A stretch of DNA of 64,000 bases, from contig CACMKG010000002.1 in assembly GCA_902614235.1 (NCBI GenBank), positions 17,354 through 81,353 of the forward strand, read 5' to 3'. Below the pieces are notes generated by a model. It saw nothing but the letters and a program-made list of their open reading frames with translations, made no database searches and was not told the DNA's origin. Below are positions 61,944 to 64,000 of the stretch, piece after piece (within the stretch, counting starts at the first letter, position 1; the number at the start of each line of letters is the position of its first letter). This stretch comes from an uncultured SAR86 cluster bacterium (GTDB taxonomy: Bacteria > Pseudomonadota > Gammaproteobacteria > Magnimaribacterales > AG-339-G14). Made by a program: the position numbers and the translations under genes.

Positions 61944-62490
61944 GAATTATAGAAAAGCATTCGTTTGCTTCTAGAGAAAATATAACAAATTCATGATATT
62001 CATTTAATGCATGAGACCATTCATGTTCAAATTTTATTTGGTTTTTTTTATCATTTATTGACCTATTTAAAAAAAAACAAATAGTTTTTCTGTTTAAAAT
62101 TATGTCGATAAAATATTTGAATCTTGTCAAAACTTGTTCAGAAATTTCAGGAGTGTTTGTTCTAGTTTTCCTTAAAACCTCCAATAATCTTTTTTCAATT
62201 TTTTTACCATCTAATTCTTCAAAATCTTTATTAGATAATAATTTAGTAGAAAATGGGCCATGAAAGCCTGGCGCTCTTAAAAACATAAAATCTGTCAATT
62301 GAAAATTATTAAAATCTTCAGATAAATACTTATCAATTATAAAAGGAAAGCCGTGCTTTTCTATTGGGTGGGAGCATCTTGATCTTGAAATGATTCCCTG
62401 CCCATGTTTATGAAGTCTCATAAACTCTAACCCTAAAAACTCAAAATTAATATTTTTTGGATAAATTAAGAGGTTTTTTTTATTTTTCAT
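61930..62490 (-). CDS. Hypothetical protein
   Basis: 186-aa ORF overlapping both neighbours in the same orientation; no motif recognised. Confidence 0.6.
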   Translation of the reverse strand: MKNKKNLLIYPKNINFEFLGLEFMRLHKHGQGIISRSRCSHPIEKHGFPFIIDKYLSEDFNNFQLTDFMFLRAPGFHGPFSTKLLSNKDFEELDGKKIEKRLLEVLRKTRTNTPEISEQVLTRFKYFIDIILNRKTICFFLNRSINDKKNQIKFEHEWSHALNEYHEFVIFSLEANECFSIILAYD

Positions 62491-63487
62491 CTAAGGGCTT
62501 TATTCCTATTTTGTTTCTTACATCAATAAGTTTTTTTTCTGCGAGAAGAGAAGCTTGAATTTCCCCTTTTTTTAAAATAGCTTCAACCTCATTAGCATTG
62601 TTAAGAAAATAAAAGTAATTTTCTCTTGAGTCTTTCAATTCGGTATTAATTAAATTGAATAAATCAGATTTTAATTCACCCCAACCTTTACCATTAGAAA
62701 ACATTTTATTTACTTCTTCTAAATATGTTTCAGTAGCAAATGCTTGAAAATAATTATACAAAACTGAATTCTTTGTTTCCTTTGGCTCTCCAGGCATAAG
62801 AGAATCAGTAACGATTTGATTTAGAGATTTCTTTAAGGCTTCTTCTTCAGAAAATAGTTCGATATAGTTTTTATACGATTTGCTCATTTTTCTTCCGTCT
62901 GTTCCTAGCAAGAGAGGTATATTTTTAGAAATTTGTGCTTCTGGAATTTTAAGTGTTTCTCCATATAAATGATTAAACCGTGCCGCAATATCTCTGGTCA
63001 TTTCAATGTGTTGCTTTTGATCGCTTCCTACTGGAACGATATCAGCATCAAATATTAAAATATCAGCAGCCATCAGTACTGGATAATTAAATAAACCAGC
63101 CGTTATACCTTTATCTAAGTCTTTTACTTTTTTTTCAGAATTTAAATCTTGAGCAGCTTTATAGGCATGCGCTCTATTGAGAAGTCCTTTTGAGGTCGCA
63201 TTGGATAAGATCCAATTCAACTCCATAATCTGAGGAACCTTTGATTGTCTGTAGAAACAAGTTTTTTTAGGATCTAATCCACAAGCCAACCAAGCAGAAG
63301 CAATTTCCAAACTAGATTTATGAGTTAGCAAAGGATCTTGCTGTTTAATTAATGAATGATAGTCGGCTAAAAATAAAAAAGATTTTTTTGATTTTTTTAT
63401 TTTCTCAAGAGCAGGTCTTATGGCTCCCACATAATTACCCAAATGCGGGGTTCCGCTAGTTGTTATGCCAGTTAAGATGGAGGACAT
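62480..63487 (-). CDS. trpS: Tryptophanyl-tRNA synthetase
   Basis: PHLGNYVGA, ADYH, YPVLMAADIL, VPVGSDQKQH, KMSKS. Confidence 0.98.
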   Translation of the reverse strand: MSSILTGITTSGTPHLGNYVGAIRPALEKIKKSKKSFLFLADYHSLIKQQDPLLTHKSSLEIASAWLACGLDPKKTCFYRQSKVPQIMELNWILSNATSKGLLNRAHAYKAAQDLNSEKKVKDLDKGITAGLFNYPVLMAADILIFDADIVPVGSDQKQHIEMTRDIAARFNHLYGETLKIPEAQISKNIPLLLGTDGRKMSKSYKNYIELFSEEEALKKSLNQIVTDSLMPGEPKETKNSVLYNYFQAFATETYLEEVNKMFSNGKGWGELKSDLFNLINTELKDSRENYFYFLNNANEVEAILKKGEIQASLLAEKKLIDVRNKIGIKPLDEK

Positions 63488-63498
63488 GAGTTTAGTAT

Positions 63499-63526
63499 AA
63501 AAAAAAACACCACAAAGTGATGTTTT
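63499..63526 (-). terminator. Intrinsic terminator
   Basis: Minus strand AAAACATCAC-TTT-GTGGTGTTTT followed by a U-tract. Confidence 0.8.
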
Positions 63527-63684
63527 ATTTATCGAAGTTGAAGGGGTCTAGCGGGTTATCTAGTGCAAGCGAGTTACCCTTTCCTTGCATGTGGCGAAAT
63601 TTCTTTCGTCTTCTCACCCTTCTTCTTCTACTCCTTAGCTTCTTTCTTTCCGTCTCGAGTTGTAAAGCTTCCCACTAAGTTATG
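63500..63684 (-). other. Unannotated transcription unit of about 185 nt (sRNA or Arg-rich micropeptide)
   Basis: Bounded by a sigma70-like promoter and a terminator; purine-rich and more GC-rich than its flanks. Confidence 0.55.
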
Positions 63685-63689
63685 CCTTT

Positions 63690-63718
63690 ATGTTAGAGAA
63701 AATAAAAAGAATTTACAA
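63690..63718 (-). promoter_or_regulatory. Sigma70-like promoter
   Basis: TTGTAA, 17-nt spacer, TAACAT. Confidence 0.65.
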
Positions 63719-63795
63719 CACCTAATTTGACGTTTTTTAGACTAAGTTTGAATTAAAAAAAAATTTTTTATTATTAAAGGATTTTAAAAATTAAA

Positions 63796-63999
63796 TTATA
63801 AAACTTTATCGAGATAATCGAACATAATTTCCTTAAATTCTTCTTTTTTTGATAGTTTTTTTAAGTGATTGGTTGCTTTGGGAAATTCTTTTTCGAAATT
63901 TTTTGAAATAACTTCGTATCCTTGTTCATTAATGATTTTTTCTTTATCTCTTTCACGCAAAAATTGAGCAACATCACAAACAAAAGATATATCGGCGAT
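63796..63999 (-). CDS. 3' end of a probable glutathione S-transferase family protein
   Basis: IADISFVCDVAQF...FPKATNHLKKL...F resembles the GST C-terminal N-cap and helices; truncated by the window edge. Confidence 0.55.
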   Translation of the reverse strand: MADISFVCDVAQFLRERDKEKIINEQGYEVISKNFEKEFPKATNHLKKLSKKEEFKEIMFDYLDKVL

Positions 64000-64000
64000 T

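Noticed and set aside
63500-63690. tmRNA, RNase P, SRP or 6S RNA
   Set aside because: No tRNA-like ends or tag peptide, no GAGGAAAGUCC core, no SRP loop, and no end-to-end 6S pairing seen.

Overview
AT-rich, tightly packed chromosome segment of a streamlined marine gammaproteobacterium. A SAR86-like identity is inferred from gene content and compaction, not proven. Bases 1-21.8 kb form a phosphorus-acquisition island: type II secretion genes (gspE fragment, gspD, gspC, prepilin peptidase), a PiT transporter, a TonB-dependent receptor plus beta-propeller phytase, an aquaglyceroporin plus arsenate reductase, a second TonB receptor paired with a 1016-aa internally duplicated beta-helix lipoprotein, a divergent secreted 4-Cys protein, a decayed porin pseudogene, ppk2-ppx, phoBR and sixA. 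Several 11-bp-period Pho-box arrays can be read directly, three of them in canonical PhoB-activation geometry. No pstSCAB or phoU is present in the window. The remainder (21.9-64 kb) is core genome: infA, clpAS, icd, mnmA, purB, aceA, nqrA-F/apbE/nqrM, gap, acyl-CoA dehydrogenases, mfd, csiV, exonuclease I, nfuA, etfAB/ETF-QO, murB, kdsB, a fused msbA-lpxK, exbBD, lolDE, fatty-acid/aldehyde enzymes and trpS. An unannotated promoter-terminator-bounded unit of about 185 nt lies near the end. No rRNA, tRNA, CRISPR array or transposase was recognised. All calls come from reading the sequence and recognising motifs; no searches were run.
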